Assembly (NCBI RefSeq): GCF_048261205.1
Contig: NZ_JBLXGF010000004.1
Length of the DNA: 64,000 nucleotides
Direction: 5' to 3' (one strand)
Source: Hoeflea sp.
Lineage (GTDB): Bacteria; Pseudomonadota; Alphaproteobacteria; Rhizobiales; Rhizobiaceae
Shown: piece by piece, positions 50,270-60,252 of the stretch
Numbering within the stretch: the first letter of the stretch is position 1
Layout of the letters: the number at the start of each line of letters is the position of its first letter
Position numbers and translations under genes: made by a program
The notes under the pieces: generated by a model
Told to the model about the DNA's origin: nothing
Database searches by the model: none
What the model saw: only the letters and a program-made list of their open reading frames with translations

Positions 50270-51679
50270 TTGGCAAACCGTGACCGCGCCATCGCGCGCA
50301 TCGAGACCTATCTGACCAGCGGCGGCTACGAGACCGAGCTTGCGCGCATGCTCGCCTTCGAGACCGAGAGCCAGGAGCCTGCACGCCGGCCGGAGCTGAT
50401 GCGTTATTTGGTCGAGGAGATGGAGCCGAAGCTGTCCGCTCTCGGTTTCTCTTGCCGCATCATGGAGAATCCTGTCGACCGGACGGTCCCCTTCCTTTTC
50501 GCCGAGCGGATCGAGGATCCCGGCTTCGAAACCGTGCTGAGCTATGGCCATGGCGACGTCATCCGCGCCCAGACCGAGCAGTGGCGCGAGGGGCTGCATC
50601 CCTTCCGGCTGGAGCGCGAGGGCGATAGGCTCTACGGCCGCGGTACCGCCGACAACAAGGGCCAGCATTGCATCAACATCGCCGCGCTCAGAACCATCAT
50701 CGAGGAACGCGGCGCACTCGGCTTCAACTGCAAGATCATCATCGAGATGGGCGAGGAATGCGGCTCGCCCGGCCTTGCCGAGCTGTTCGCGCAGAACCGT
50801 GAGACCTTCGCGGCAGACGTGTTGATCGCCTCTGATGGCCCGCGCCTGCATCCCGAGCGGCCGACGCTGTTCATGGGTTCGCGCGGCGCGGTCAATTTCG
50901 ATCTGCGGGTCGAGCTGCGCGAAGGGGCCCACCATTCCGGCAACTGGGGCGGGCTGTTGCGCGATCCGGCCATCCTGCTCGCTCATGCCCTGGCTGCAAT
51001 CACCGACCGGCGCGGGCAGATCAAGGTGCCCGAGTGGCGCCCGACCAGCCTTACCGCAGCGGTACGCGAGGCGCTGAAGGACTGCCCGGTCGGCGGCTTC
51101 GACGGCCCGAGCATTGATACCGACTGGGGCGAGGAAAGCCTTAGCCCGTCGGAGCGGGTCTTCGGTTGGAACAGCTTCGCCGTGCTCGCCCAGACCAGCG
51201 GGGTGCCCTCGGCTCCGGTCAATGCCATCTCGGGACGTGCCGATGCCCATTGCCAGCTGCGCTATGTCGTCGGCACCGATCCCGATGACATTTTGCCGGC
51301 ACTGCGGCGCCATCTCGACGCAAACGGCTTCCAGTTGGTGGAGATCGTTCCCGCCGAGCGCGGCTTCTTCCATGCGACCCGGCTTGATCCAGACCACCCC
51401 TGGGTGGAGCGAGTGAAGGCATCCATTGAGGCAACAACCGGCAAGAAGACTGCCATCCTCCCCAATCTCGCCGGTTCCCTGCCCAACGAAACCTTTGCCG
51501 ACATTCTCGGCCTGCCGACGGTCTGGGTGCCGCATTCCTATCCGGGCTGCTCGCAGCACGCGCCGAACGAGCATGCGCTGCATTCTATGACCCGGGAAGC
51601 GCTGGCGATGATGGCCGGCCTGTTCTGGGACATCGGCGAAGCAAATGTCTCCCGCCGCTCCCAAGACATCGAGAGATGA
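50270..51679 (+). CDS. M20 family metallo-amidohydrolase/peptidase
   Basis: [30 protein letters not shown]; TTG start. Confidence 0.92.
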   Translation: MANRDRAIARIETYLTSGGYETELARMLAFETESQEPARRPELMRYLVEEMEPKLSALGFSCRIMENPVDRTVPFLFAERIEDPGFETVLSYGHGDVIRAQTEQWREGLHPFRLEREGDRLYGRGTADNKGQHCINIAALRTIIEERGALGFNCKIIIEMGEECGSPGLAELFAQNRETFAADVLIASDGPRLHPERPTLFMGSRGAVNFDLRVELREGAHHSGNWGGLLRDPAILLAHALAAITDRRGQIKVPEWRPTSLTAAVREALKDCPVGGFDGPSIDTDWGEESLSPSERVFGWNSFAVLAQTSGVPSAPVNAISGRADAHCQLRYVVGTDPDDILPALRRHLDANGFQLVEIVPAERGFFHATRLDPDHPWVERVKASIEATTGKKTAILPNLAGSLPNETFADILGLPTVWVPHSYPGCSQHAPNEHALHSMTREALAMMAGLFWDIGEANVSRRSQDIER

Positions 51680-51683
51680 TGAT

Positions 51684-51789
51684 CGGTTGCCGGTTGGCGA
51701 AGAGTTTGCAGCAATGCCGCTTCGATGACCTGCGTCAGCTGGTCAAACGCCATGAGGACGCAGTGGTGTGGGGCAACAGCCCTCCCTGA
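51684..51789 (+). pseudogene. 3' remnant of a LysR regulator paralogous to 62197-63147
   Basis: 51721-51774 translates FDDLRQLVKRHEDAVVWG versus FDNLKHIIKRHENAVVWG in the intact LysR (12/18 identical). Confidence 0.8.
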
Positions 51790-51830
51790 GCGATCTTGAG
51801 CCGATCCTGTCGAAGCGGAAAGTGCGCGGC

Positions 51831-52379
51831 TCACCGGAAATGCGATGAATCCAAAAGCGAGGCAGCGCCATCGAGTTCCTCGCGCAGACGATGCCAGCGA
51901 CGGTCGAGATAGACCAGCGAACGCGCCTCCGGGCGCTCCTCGTCGGGCCGCACCTCGCCTGCCAACAACTCGGCCGCGACGATCGTCGCGCCTTCGATTG
52001 GCAAGACCCCGAGCCGGCGGGCACGGAACCAGCTGGCGACGCCGGTGTAGCGCGGCTCGCCCGTGGGAAGCCGCTCCCAGTCCCCTCCCGGCGGGAAGCG
52101 GTCCGCGCCACTCGACGCGCAGAGCTGCGCCAGGTCGATGTCATCATAGCGCAGCAGGTGAATCACCATGGTCTCGGCCCGCAGCAACGGTTCGGACGAG
52201 CCCGACTTCATCGAAAGGGAAAAGGCGACGATTGGCGGCGCGGCGCTTACAGAGATCAGCGAGGAAACGGTCATCGCCACCGGACGGTCGCCGGGATCGG
52301 CCGTGATCACCGCAACGCCAGCGGGATGGCGGCGAAAGGCTTCGCGGAAATGTTCGGTCATCGGATGCGGCAGGCTCAT
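51831..52379 (-). CDS. Flavin reductase (HpaC-like)
   Basis: FREAFRRHPAGVAVIT, MTVSSLISVSAAPP, LVYLDRRW. Confidence 0.9.
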   Translation of the reverse strand: MSLPHPMTEHFREAFRRHPAGVAVITADPGDRPVAMTVSSLISVSAAPPIVAFSLSMKSGSSEPLLRAETMVIHLLRYDDIDLAQLCASSGADRFPPGGDWERLPTGEPRYTGVASWFRARRLGVLPIEGATIVAAELLAGEVRPDEERPEARSLVYLDRRWHRLREELDGAASLLDSSHFR

Positions 52380-52440
52380 CGATATATCTCTTCCAAGTCA
52401 TGAGAGGAGGCAGGGCGGCATTCACCGCCCTGCCTTCGGA

Positions 52441-53661
52441 CTACTTCTTTTCGATCAGGTCGTAGAATTGCCAAACACGATCGCTCCACAGGCCGCCAAT
52501 TTCGCGACCCGCAGAGGTGACGATCGAGGGCGCGATGGTGAAGTGGTTCGCGGCGACCAGCATCTCGCGGTAGGTCCGCTGCATCACACCGGCGCGCAGC
52601 GACATCCCGCCGGCGGCGCGATAAGCGAAGTTGCAGACATCGACACCGACCTCGTGAATCTCGGACTTTGCCAGGTGAACGAGGCTGATCTGGCGGGTTG
52701 AGACACTGTGGCCGGCCTCGACGGAGGCCTCGATATCACGCCATGTCTCGAAGACGAAAGCGCGGGCGGCGCGGTAACGGGCCTCGGCACGACCGTAGTC
52801 GAACCAGAACTTCTCGCTCTCGCCGAGCATGCCGGCGCGGCCTGACTTCGAACGCGCGAACTTGGCAATCTCGTCGAGCATCCGCCGTCCCGTGCCCAGT
52901 GCCCAGCCGGTGTGGCCGATAGCGGCGAGCCCGACGACGCCGAGACTGAAGAATTCCTTCTGGCGCAGGGGCGGGGCGGTCTGGATCGGGAAGACAAGAT
53001 CATCAGCGATGAAGACGTCCTCGGCCGCATAGTCGATGCTGCCGGTACCACCGAGGCCCAGCACGTCCCAGTTGCCGAGCTGCTTGTGCTCGGAGACGGG
53101 CGCATGAGTGGCCATGATGATGGCGTTGCCGTTTTCGTCGGTCGCGGGCTTGCCGGTTCCGTCATCAACGAAGGCAGCACTGTGGGTATAGGTGGCGTGG
53201 CTGAAGCCGCTGCCATAGCTCCATTTGCCGGTCAGCCGGTAACCGCCATCGACCTTTTTCAACATTCCGAGCGGAGCACCCTGGCCGGAGAAGCGGTTGT
53301 CAGTCCCCGGCCCAAAAAGGCGTTCGACGGCGCTGTCGGGCAGGAAGGCCGCCGACATTGCGCCGATGCAGCAATGCACCATCGAAACCCAGCCCGCCGA
53401 TCCCGAATGCCAGGTGATCGCCTCAATCAGTTCCAGCCCCTGGGTCGGAGGCAGTTGCGCGCCACCGAGATTTTCCGACGCAAAAATATGCGACATCCGC
53501 AGCGGCTTCAACGCTTCGAAGGTGGACGCTGTCAGTTCGCCCTTCTCTTCATCGGCCGCGGCGTTGGCTTCCAGAAGCGGTCCAATCTCCGCGATCGTCT
53601 TGAGCATGTCCTTATAGTCAATACTGGTGCCCCAATAGGGGTGCTTCATGGGCTTGTTCAT
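52441..53661 (-). CDS. Two-component flavin-dependent monooxygenase, oxygenase subunit (acyl-CoA dehydrogenase fold, group D)
   Basis: GSAGWV, GYRLTGKWSYGSG, WDVLGLGGTGS.D, MQRTYREM; adjacent flavin reductase. Confidence 0.88.
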   Translation of the reverse strand: MNKPMKHPYWGTSIDYKDMLKTIAEIGPLLEANAAADEEKGELTASTFEALKPLRMSHIFASENLGGAQLPPTQGLELIEAITWHSGSAGWVSMVHCCIGAMSAAFLPDSAVERLFGPGTDNRFSGQGAPLGMLKKVDGGYRLTGKWSYGSGFSHATYTHSAAFVDDGTGKPATDENGNAIIMATHAPVSEHKQLGNWDVLGLGGTGSIDYAAEDVFIADDLVFPIQTAPPLRQKEFFSLGVVGLAAIGHTGWALGTGRRMLDEIAKFARSKSGRAGMLGESEKFWFDYGRAEARYRAARAFVFETWRDIEASVEAGHSVSTRQISLVHLAKSEIHEVGVDVCNFAYRAAGGMSLRAGVMQRTYREMLVAANHFTIAPSIVTSAGREIGGLWSDRVWQFYDLIEKK

Positions 53662-53684
53662 TGTGATTCCTCCTCAAATTGCGT

Positions 53685-54473
53685 TCAGCCGGCGAGAAAG
53701 TCGCCGATCTTGGTGAGCGTTTCTGGCTTTTCCTGCAGTACGAAATGGCCGGCGTCCTCGACCAGGATCAGCCGCGCATCGGGCAGCGCCTCAATCCAGA
53801 GCGGAGCCTGGCTGGCTGGCAGCAGACGGTCCTGCGTGCCCCAGACGACAAGAGTCGGGTTGGTATTCCGCGCCAGGAAATGGCGCAGGTTGGGATGGCC
53901 CATGCCGAAGGGCGTAAGCAGACGGCCGAGCGTCTCGCCTTCCCGGGCGCGATCGGCACCGAAGGCCTCTGCGAAGGCGGCGTCCGATCCGTCAGGGAAA
54001 TAGCGCAATGCGACAGCGACATCATGCGCCAGATATCCGGGCAGATCCTGAGGCGCGACCTCGCCCAGATTGGTAGCTGGATGAGCCGGATCGTTCAGGC
54101 CGGCGGGCGCAATCAGCACGATCTTATCAAACCGCTCGCGCGCGACGGCCGCCAGTTCGGTGGCCATCCACCCGCCCATGGAAAAGCCGATGAGATGCGG
54201 CTTCTGATCGAGATCCAGCGCGTCAAGCAGGTTCAAATAGTGCAGCACCATGTCGGACATGCCTGCCACGTGCGGCGCGTCGCCCGAGAAACCGAAGCCG
54301 GGGTGGCTGGCGCAGAGGACGCGGAAGCGGTCGGCCAGGCCTTCTGCGAAATCAAAGCCTTCAAGCGTCGAAGCGCCGTGCAGAAACAGCACTGGCTTGC
54401 CTTGTCCGATGGCTTTGACCACCGTTTTCGTCCCGTCGATATCGTATTCAAGCGTTTCGAACTGAACGGCCAT
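53685..54473 (-). CDS. Alpha/beta hydrolase
   Basis: VLFLHG, GFSMGG nucleophile elbow, WGTQDRL, DAGHF; AGGAGG RBS before MAVQF. Confidence 0.9.
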   Translation of the reverse strand: MAVQFETLEYDIDGTKTVVKAIGQGKPVLFLHGASTLEGFDFAEGLADRFRVLCASHPGFGFSGDAPHVAGMSDMVLHYLNLLDALDLDQKPHLIGFSMGGWMATELAAVARERFDKIVLIAPAGLNDPAHPATNLGEVAPQDLPGYLAHDVAVALRYFPDGSDAAFAEAFGADRAREGETLGRLLTPFGMGHPNLRHFLARNTNPTLVVWGTQDRLLPASQAPLWIEALPDARLILVEDAGHFVLQEKPETLTKIGDFLAG

Positions 54474-54486
54474 TTCTGTTTCCTCC

Positions 54487-55503
54487 TCAGGCATGTGCCG
54501 GCTGGATCAATACCTTGCACTGCGTGGTGCGGTGGCGAAGGCTCTCGAAGATCTGCGGAACCGGCGAAAGATCGATTCGGTCTGTAATCAACGCTTGCGG
54601 CGCAAACGGGCCACCTCGCAGGGCATCGAGCGCCACGCCGAATTCGTTGCGTTGGTGGAAGAACACGGAAAAGAGCAGGTTCACTTCCTTGGTCAGCGCG
54701 ACAAACGGGTCCCATTCGTCGCCGCCGACGCAGAGGCCGACACCAACGACGGTGCCCTGCAGCCGGACAGCGCCGACAGCCGCCGCAATCAGGCCGCGCT
54801 TGCCGACGCATTCGAAGACGATATCCGGCGCTCCGCCACAGGCATCGGCGAGGTTTTCGGTCAGCCTGTCGCCGGAAAGAGCGAAGCCGGTTGCGCCGAG
54901 TGCGAAGGCCCGGTCGCGTTGATGGTCGTGAAGATCGGCCACGACCACACAGGATGCCCCCATCCGCCGGGCCCAGAAGGCAACGAGAAGCCCGATCGGT
55001 CCCGCGCCCAGGATCGCCACCCGGTCCCCTGGCTTCATGCCGGATCGGATGATGCAATGCAGCGCGACCGAGAGTGGCTCGGCCAGGGCGCCGTCCTCGA
55101 GCGCCACTTCGTCCGGCAGGATATGGCATTGCCGGGCGGCGACGGTCACGTATTCGGCATAGCCGCCGCCGATCAGGACCATCTCGGGACAGCGGCCGGG
55201 GTCGCCCCGTCTGCAGGCTTCGCAATGCCCGCAGCCGCGCATTGGCACGACGGCCACACGGTCTCCAACGCCAAGACCGGTCACCTCCGTTCCGACCGCG
55301 ACGATGTCGCCTGCAAATTCGTGACCAAGAACGAAACCGCCCGCGATCCCGAAGGGGACTGGGTCCTCGGTGATGTGGAGGTCGCTGCCGCAAATGCCGC
55401 AGGCGGCAACGCGTAACACAACCTCATCTGGCGCGGGCGCCGGCTCGGGCATCATACCGATCCGCAGCGGACTGCCGACACTGTCAAAGATAACTGCTTT
55501 CAC
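54487..55503 (-). CDS. Zinc-dependent alcohol dehydrogenase (MDR)
   Basis: CGICGSDLH, LGHEFAG, CGHCEAC...C, GAGPIG. Confidence 0.92.
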   Translation of the reverse strand: MKAVIFDSVGSPLRIGMMPEPAPAPDEVVLRVAACGICGSDLHITEDPVPFGIAGGFVLGHEFAGDIVAVGTEVTGLGVGDRVAVVPMRGCGHCEACRRGDPGRCPEMVLIGGGYAEYVTVAARQCHILPDEVALEDGALAEPLSVALHCIIRSGMKPGDRVAILGAGPIGLLVAFWARRMGASCVVVADLHDHQRDRAFALGATGFALSGDRLTENLADACGGAPDIVFECVGKRGLIAAAVGAVRLQGTVVGVGLCVGGDEWDPFVALTKEVNLLFSVFFHQRNEFGVALDALRGGPFAPQALITDRIDLSPVPQIFESLRHRTTQCKVLIQPAHA

Positions 55504-55516
55504 GGAAACCTCCTTC

Positions 55517-56542
55517 TCAGCGGTTTGGGTCGAGGAGCTTGCGCCTGATCGGGAACCAGGGCGCGTCCCATCGCTTCGAAGCCAGCCCCCAGATGCCGCT
55601 TCGAGCGTAAAGCGCCACGAGCAGTGTCATCAGGCCGAGAACGACGAAATAGGTTGCGCCATACTCACCGAACCAACGGTCCGCAATGAAGTAGATCAGC
55701 GACCCGATCAGGACGCCTTCGATTGACCCGATGCCGCCGATCATGACGATGAAGATCACGATATTCGTCCACATCGGATCGAAGGCCGAGCCCGGGGTTA
55801 TCCTGAGCTGGGCCATGAAGTAGATCGCGCCGGCAAGGCCGCAGCCGACCGCCGATGCGACATAAACGAGGAAGCGCAGCTTGGCGACGTTGACGCCCTG
55901 ACTGGCCGCCGCGATGGGATTGTCGCGCATGGCGATCAGCGCGAGGCCAAAGCGCGAGCGCAGCAGCCAGTAGCTGCCGCCCAGCGTGACAATGAGCATC
56001 ATCGTGCAGAGCAGCGACATGGCGACATTGCGCTCAAACAGCGAATAGTCCTTCATCACGCGGAGCGACATACCGGCACCGGAATTGACCAGCGGCAGGT
56101 TCGATGCAATCAGCCGGAAGACCTCTGCCAACACCCATGTTCCAATCGCGAAATACGGACCGTCCAGACGGTGAAGCAGCAAGTACATCGGCACGGCCAG
56201 CACTGCCGGCACCAGCAGAGAAAGGAAGACCGCCATGAAGGGATTGATGCCGTAGGTCTGGGCCAGAACGAACAACGCATAGCCCGACGCGCCCATGAAG
56301 GCATGCTGGCCGACGGAGACCAGGCCGGCATAGCCGGCGAGCAGATTCCACATCTGAGCGACTGCGATATAGCAGCACAGAATGAGAACCGACCGGATCG
56401 TTCCAGTCGAGGCCCACCACGGCATGGCGGCCAATGCCAGCAACGCCAGCACTGCCAGCGTCATCGCGATGCGGCCCGACCGCGTCTGGCGCTGGACGGT
56501 GACCTCGGGCAATGCGATTTCGGCATAGGGGACTGCGCTCAT
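55517..56542 (-). CDS. Branched-chain-type ABC permease (LivM-like)
   Basis: WNLLAGYAGLVSVGQ, GPYFAIGT, IAMRDNP. Confidence 0.92.
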   Translation of the reverse strand: MSAVPYAEIALPEVTVQRQTRSGRIAMTLAVLALLALAAMPWWASTGTIRSVLILCCYIAVAQMWNLLAGYAGLVSVGQHAFMGASGYALFVLAQTYGINPFMAVFLSLLVPAVLAVPMYLLLHRLDGPYFAIGTWVLAEVFRLIASNLPLVNSGAGMSLRVMKDYSLFERNVAMSLLCTMMLIVTLGGSYWLLRSRFGLALIAMRDNPIAAASQGVNVAKLRFLVYVASAVGCGLAGAIYFMAQLRITPGSAFDPMWTNIVIFIVMIGGIGSIEGVLIGSLIYFIADRWFGEYGATYFVVLGLMTLLVALYARSGIWGLASKRWDAPWFPIRRKLLDPNR

Positions 56543-57402
56543 GATAACGCCTTTCCGAACAGGCCCTGCGGGCGGGTCGCCAGCACGATCAGGAAAACAA
56601 GATGTCCGGCGAGAACGCCGAAACCAGGGTCGATGCGGAAGCCGATCGCCTGCGAAATTCCGAGCACCATCGAGCCGATGAAGGCGCCCCAGACGGAGCC
56701 CATGCCGCCGATGATCACGGCCTCGAAGGCATAGATCAGCTGGGCAGGTCCGTCAGCCGGTGCAACGGTCGAGCGCAGCGCCTGGAAGACCGCTGCAAAG
56801 CCGAGGATACCGACCGCAACCGCTGTTGCCATTGCATAGACGGCGCGGGTGTTGATGCCGGTCATCGCCGCCGCCTCGACATCGGCCGACGCGGCACGAA
56901 GCGCCCGGCCGAAGCGGGTGCGCTTCAACACCAGATCGAGGCCTCCGGTCAATCCCGTGGCAACCGCGAGCACGATCAGCGGGAGCAAGCCGATATAAAT
57001 GCCACCGATCTCGATGGATTGGCTCTCGATTCCCTGGCCGGGCAGCGAACGGCTGTTGGCAGACCAGATCTGCAGCATCAGGTTCTGCAGCGCGATCGAC
57101 AGCCCGAATGTCGCGATCAGCGAGGGCAACGGATCATCGCCCACCACCTTGTTCAGCACGGCCTTTTGCAGGACCCATCCCATCATCACCGCGAGTGGCA
57201 CCAATATGATGAGCACAGGAAGCGGTCCGAGACCCCAGGCCATCGCGATCGAAATGCCGATCAGCGACAGCAGAATCACCAGATCGCCATGGCTGATGTT
57301 CACGATCCGCATCACCCCGAACATCAACGCCATACCGAGTGCATATTGGGCATACATACCGCCCAGCAGTACCCCCTGAACCAATGCGTCAAACCACACC
57401 AT
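56539..57402 (-). CDS. Branched-chain-type ABC permease (LivH-like)
   Basis: FGVMRIVNISHG, TRFGRALRA, IIGGMGS; start set at MVWFD. Confidence 0.92.
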   Translation of the reverse strand: MVWFDALVQGVLLGGMYAQYALGMALMFGVMRIVNISHGDLVILLSLIGISIAMAWGLGPLPVLIILVPLAVMMGWVLQKAVLNKVVGDDPLPSLIATFGLSIALQNLMLQIWSANSRSLPGQGIESQSIEIGGIYIGLLPLIVLAVATGLTGGLDLVLKRTRFGRALRAASADVEAAAMTGINTRAVYAMATAVAVGILGFAAVFQALRSTVAPADGPAQLIYAFEAVIIGGMGSVWGAFIGSMVLGISQAIGFRIDPGFGVLAGHLVFLIVLATRPQGLFGKALS

Positions 57403-58117
57403 GGCTGGCTCCAAAATAAGCTTCACCGATTTGCTCGCGGGTGACGTCAGCGGATCTGCCTGTCAGCGTCACTCGCCCCTCAAGCATGCAGTAGAGACGG
57501 TCGGTTGCCGACTGCGCCAGGCCCACATCTTGTTCGACCAGGATCACCGCCGTCCCGGTTGCCCGGATCTCGGGCAAGGCAGCGTAGATCTCGCGGATTA
57601 CCTTGGGCGCCAGGCCGAGACTGATCTCGTCGCACAGCAGTACACGCGGCTGGCAGAGCAAGGCACGGCCGATGGACACCATCTGCTGTTGTCCGCCCGA
57701 GAGGCTCTGCACTTCCGTGCGGGCCTTTTCCTTGAGGATCGGGAACAGCTGGTACAACCGCTCGAGCGTCCACCCGCCTTTGGTGCCCATGCGCGCGGCC
57801 TGATCGATGGCGACGCGCAAATTGTCCTCGACCGACATGCCGGTGAAGAGACGGCGGCCCTCGGGCACGATCGCAACCCCCTTCTGCACCATGCGGTCCG
57901 TGGCCGCGCCCCCGATGGGCTCGCCGTCGAGCCAGACCATCTCGCGCGCCACCGGCAAGAGGCCCATGATGGCGCGCAGAAAGGTGGATTTCCCTGCCCC
58001 GTTCGCACCGATCAGGGCGACGGCCTCGCCCTGATGCAGCTCGGTGTCGACACCGTAGAGCGCCTGAAAATCCCCATAGCGGGCGATGAGCCCCCGGGTG
58101 GAAAGAATGGCCGTCAT
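57389..58117 (-). CDS. ABC ATP-binding protein (LivF-like)
   Basis: GANGAGKST, VPEGRRLF, LSGGQQQM, DEISLGLAP. Confidence 0.93.
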   Translation of the reverse strand: MTAILSTRGLIARYGDFQALYGVDTELHQGEAVALIGANGAGKSTFLRAIMGLLPVAREMVWLDGEPIGGAATDRMVQKGVAIVPEGRRLFTGMSVEDNLRVAIDQAARMGTKGGWTLERLYQLFPILKEKARTEVQSLSGGQQQMVSIGRALLCQPRVLLCDEISLGLAPKVIREIYAALPEIRATGTAVILVEQDVGLAQSATDRLYCMLEGRVTLTGRSADVTREQIGEAYFGASHGVV

Positions 58118-58842
58118 GCCTCGATCCCCATGTAAACCCGCTGCACCTCGGGCAGCGCAATGACTTCGGCCGGCACGCCATCGGCGATCATTTCGCCGAA
58201 ATTCAGCACGATCAGCCGATCGGCGACCGCAAGCAGCGCGTGCAGCACATGCTCGATCCAGACAACGGTGACACCACGGTCACGGATGCGCCGCACCAGC
58301 GCCACCAGCGCCTTCGATTCATCGTCGGTCAGCCCACCCGCGATTTCGTCCAGAAGCAGCAGCTTCGGATCCGAGGCCAGCGCGCGCGCCAGTTCCAGCC
58401 GTTTGCGGTCGAGCAATGTCAGAGCGCCTGCAGAAACATTGGCCTTGTCGGAGAGCTCGCAATCGCGCAGCACCTGGGCGCAAAAGGCATAGCTCTGCTT
58501 CTCGGACCGGCCGCCGCCGAAAGCGGCGGCGACCAGCAGGTTCTCGAAAGTGGTCATGCCGGAATAGGGACGCGGGATCTGATAGGTCCGCCCGATTCCC
58601 ATCTGGCAGCGCCTGAACGGCGGCTCACGACGCAACAACGTGTCGCCGAGCTGGATCTCACCGCCCGAGGCACTCAGATCGCCGCTGATCATATTGAACA
58701 GCGTCGTCTTGCCCGCGCCGTTCGGGCCGAGAATGCCGAGCACCTCGCCCCGGTTTACGTCGAAACTCACGTCGTGCAGGACGCGAACGGCGCCGAAGGA
58801 CTTCGACACACCGCGCGCTTTCAGCAGGATTTCTCTGTCCAT
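58114..58842 (-). CDS. ABC ATP-binding protein (LivG-like)
   Basis: GPNGAGKTT, LLLDEIAGGL, IEH; start set at MDREI. Confidence 0.93.
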   Translation of the reverse strand: MDREILLKARGVSKSFGAVRVLHDVSFDVNRGEVLGILGPNGAGKTTLFNMISGDLSASGGEIQLGDTLLRREPPFRRCQMGIGRTYQIPRPYSGMTTFENLLVAAAFGGGRSEKQSYAFCAQVLRDCELSDKANVSAGALTLLDRKRLELARALASDPKLLLLDEIAGGLTDDESKALVALVRRIRDRGVTVVWIEHVLHALLAVADRLIVLNFGEMIADGVPAEVIALPEVQRVYMGIEA

Positions 58843-58867
58843 CACTTTGTCCGCGTCCTGTCTCGTA

Positions 58868-60178
58868 TCACCAGGTGATCGGCACAATGGCCTGTTCAGG
58901 CGCGAAGAGCTGATTGACCGTGTTGTCAACGATCTTCAGATCATAGGGCCACTTCTCGCCCTTCACCCACTGGCCGCCAAAGATCGGCGTCTTGCAGACA
59001 TTCTTGTGGGTCGAACCGTCGAACTTGATATTGCCGACCAGCGTCTGCAGATCTGTGGCGGCCATCGCGTCGCGGTTTGCCGTGCGGTCGAGCGGATCGG
59101 ACGAGCGCTTCAGGATATCCAGGGCAACCTCTAGCAGCGCATGCGAATAACCCAGCGGCTGTGTCCACTGGCGGTTGGTATCGGTTTCCCACTGATTGGC
59201 AATGTCGCTGCTGACCTCGCCGGTCAGCGACGACTTGAACGGGAAAGCCGGTGTCCACCAGACCTCCGAGGACATGCCATTGCCAAGCGGCCCCATGGCT
59301 TCCACGCCACCGGGGAACAGCAACGCCGCCGCGACCGTCACTGCCTTTGGCTTGAAGCCCTGCTGGTTGCACTGGGTGATGAAGGTCTTGAGATCGTCCG
59401 GATAGGTGATGCCGCCGATGATCTCGCAGTTCTGGTTCTTGAACTCGGCGATCTGCGCCGAGAAGTCATTGGTGCGCGGCTGGAAATAGCCGGGTACCAC
59501 CACCTCGTAGCCCGCAGCGCGGGTCGGCACCGGCAGGCCGTAATCGTCGTTGCCCCAGGTCTCGCCGTCGATGTTCTGGGGGAACAGCATGCCGACCTTC
59601 TTGTTGCTATCGAGGCCCTTCCACAGACCGACAAAGGTGTTGAGCGCCTCATCGAGGCCCCAGAAGAAGTGATAGGTCCAGTCGAAAGACGCCTCGGCTC
59701 CGCCGCGCGGCATGACCACCGCTTGCCAGGGCGCACCCGACGAGATGCAGGGGGTCTCGTAGAGCTCCGCCTGCTCGGCGGCGGGCAGAATGGTGTCGGT
59801 GGTCGACGCCGGAACCAGCAGATGGACTTCGTCATTGAGGATGAGATCGCCCGCGATTTCCGCTGATTTGTTCGGATTTGACTGGCTGTCGCGATCGAGG
59901 ATCTCGATTTCGTAGGTCTTGCCATTGTCACATTGCAGTTGACCGCCGAGCAGAGTGCGGATCTTCTCCAAAGTGTAGCCGTCGGTTTCACCGAACAGGG
60001 CAAGCGGGCCGGTGGTGGGGCTGATATAGCCGATCTTGATCTTGCCCGCAGTGGCTGCGCGCGCGTAGCCGGGCAAGGCAAGCGTGCTGACCGCAGCGCT
60101 GGCTCCAAGCCCCTTGAGCACGGTCCGGCGACTGGGGTTCAGGCCCGCTTTCACCAGCTTGTTGTTGATGTTGGTCAT
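58868..60178 (-). CDS. Tat-exported ABC substrate-binding protein (Leu/Ile/Val-binding fold)
   Basis: Twin-arginine SRRTVLK, KIGYISPTTGPLA, DSQSNPN. Confidence 0.9.
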   Translation of the reverse strand: MTNINNKLVKAGLNPSRRTVLKGLGASAAVSTLALPGYARAATAGKIKIGYISPTTGPLALFGETDGYTLEKIRTLLGGQLQCDNGKTYEIEILDRDSQSNPNKSAEIAGDLILNDEVHLLVPASTTDTILPAAEQAELYETPCISSGAPWQAVVMPRGGAEASFDWTYHFFWGLDEALNTFVGLWKGLDSNKKVGMLFPQNIDGETWGNDDYGLPVPTRAAGYEVVVPGYFQPRTNDFSAQIAEFKNQNCEIIGGITYPDDLKTFITQCNQQGFKPKAVTVAAALLFPGGVEAMGPLGNGMSSEVWWTPAFPFKSSLTGEVSSDIANQWETDTNRQWTQPLGYSHALLEVALDILKRSSDPLDRTANRDAMAATDLQTLVGNIKFDGSTHKNVCKTPIFGGQWVKGEKWPYDLKIVDNTVNQLFAPEQAIVPITW

Positions 60179-60252
60179 TGTCGTTTCCTCCCGTTGATAA
60201 GCTGTATCCGGCCCTGCCTCCTCTACAGAGCCGGCCTCACTTCGAAACGTCT

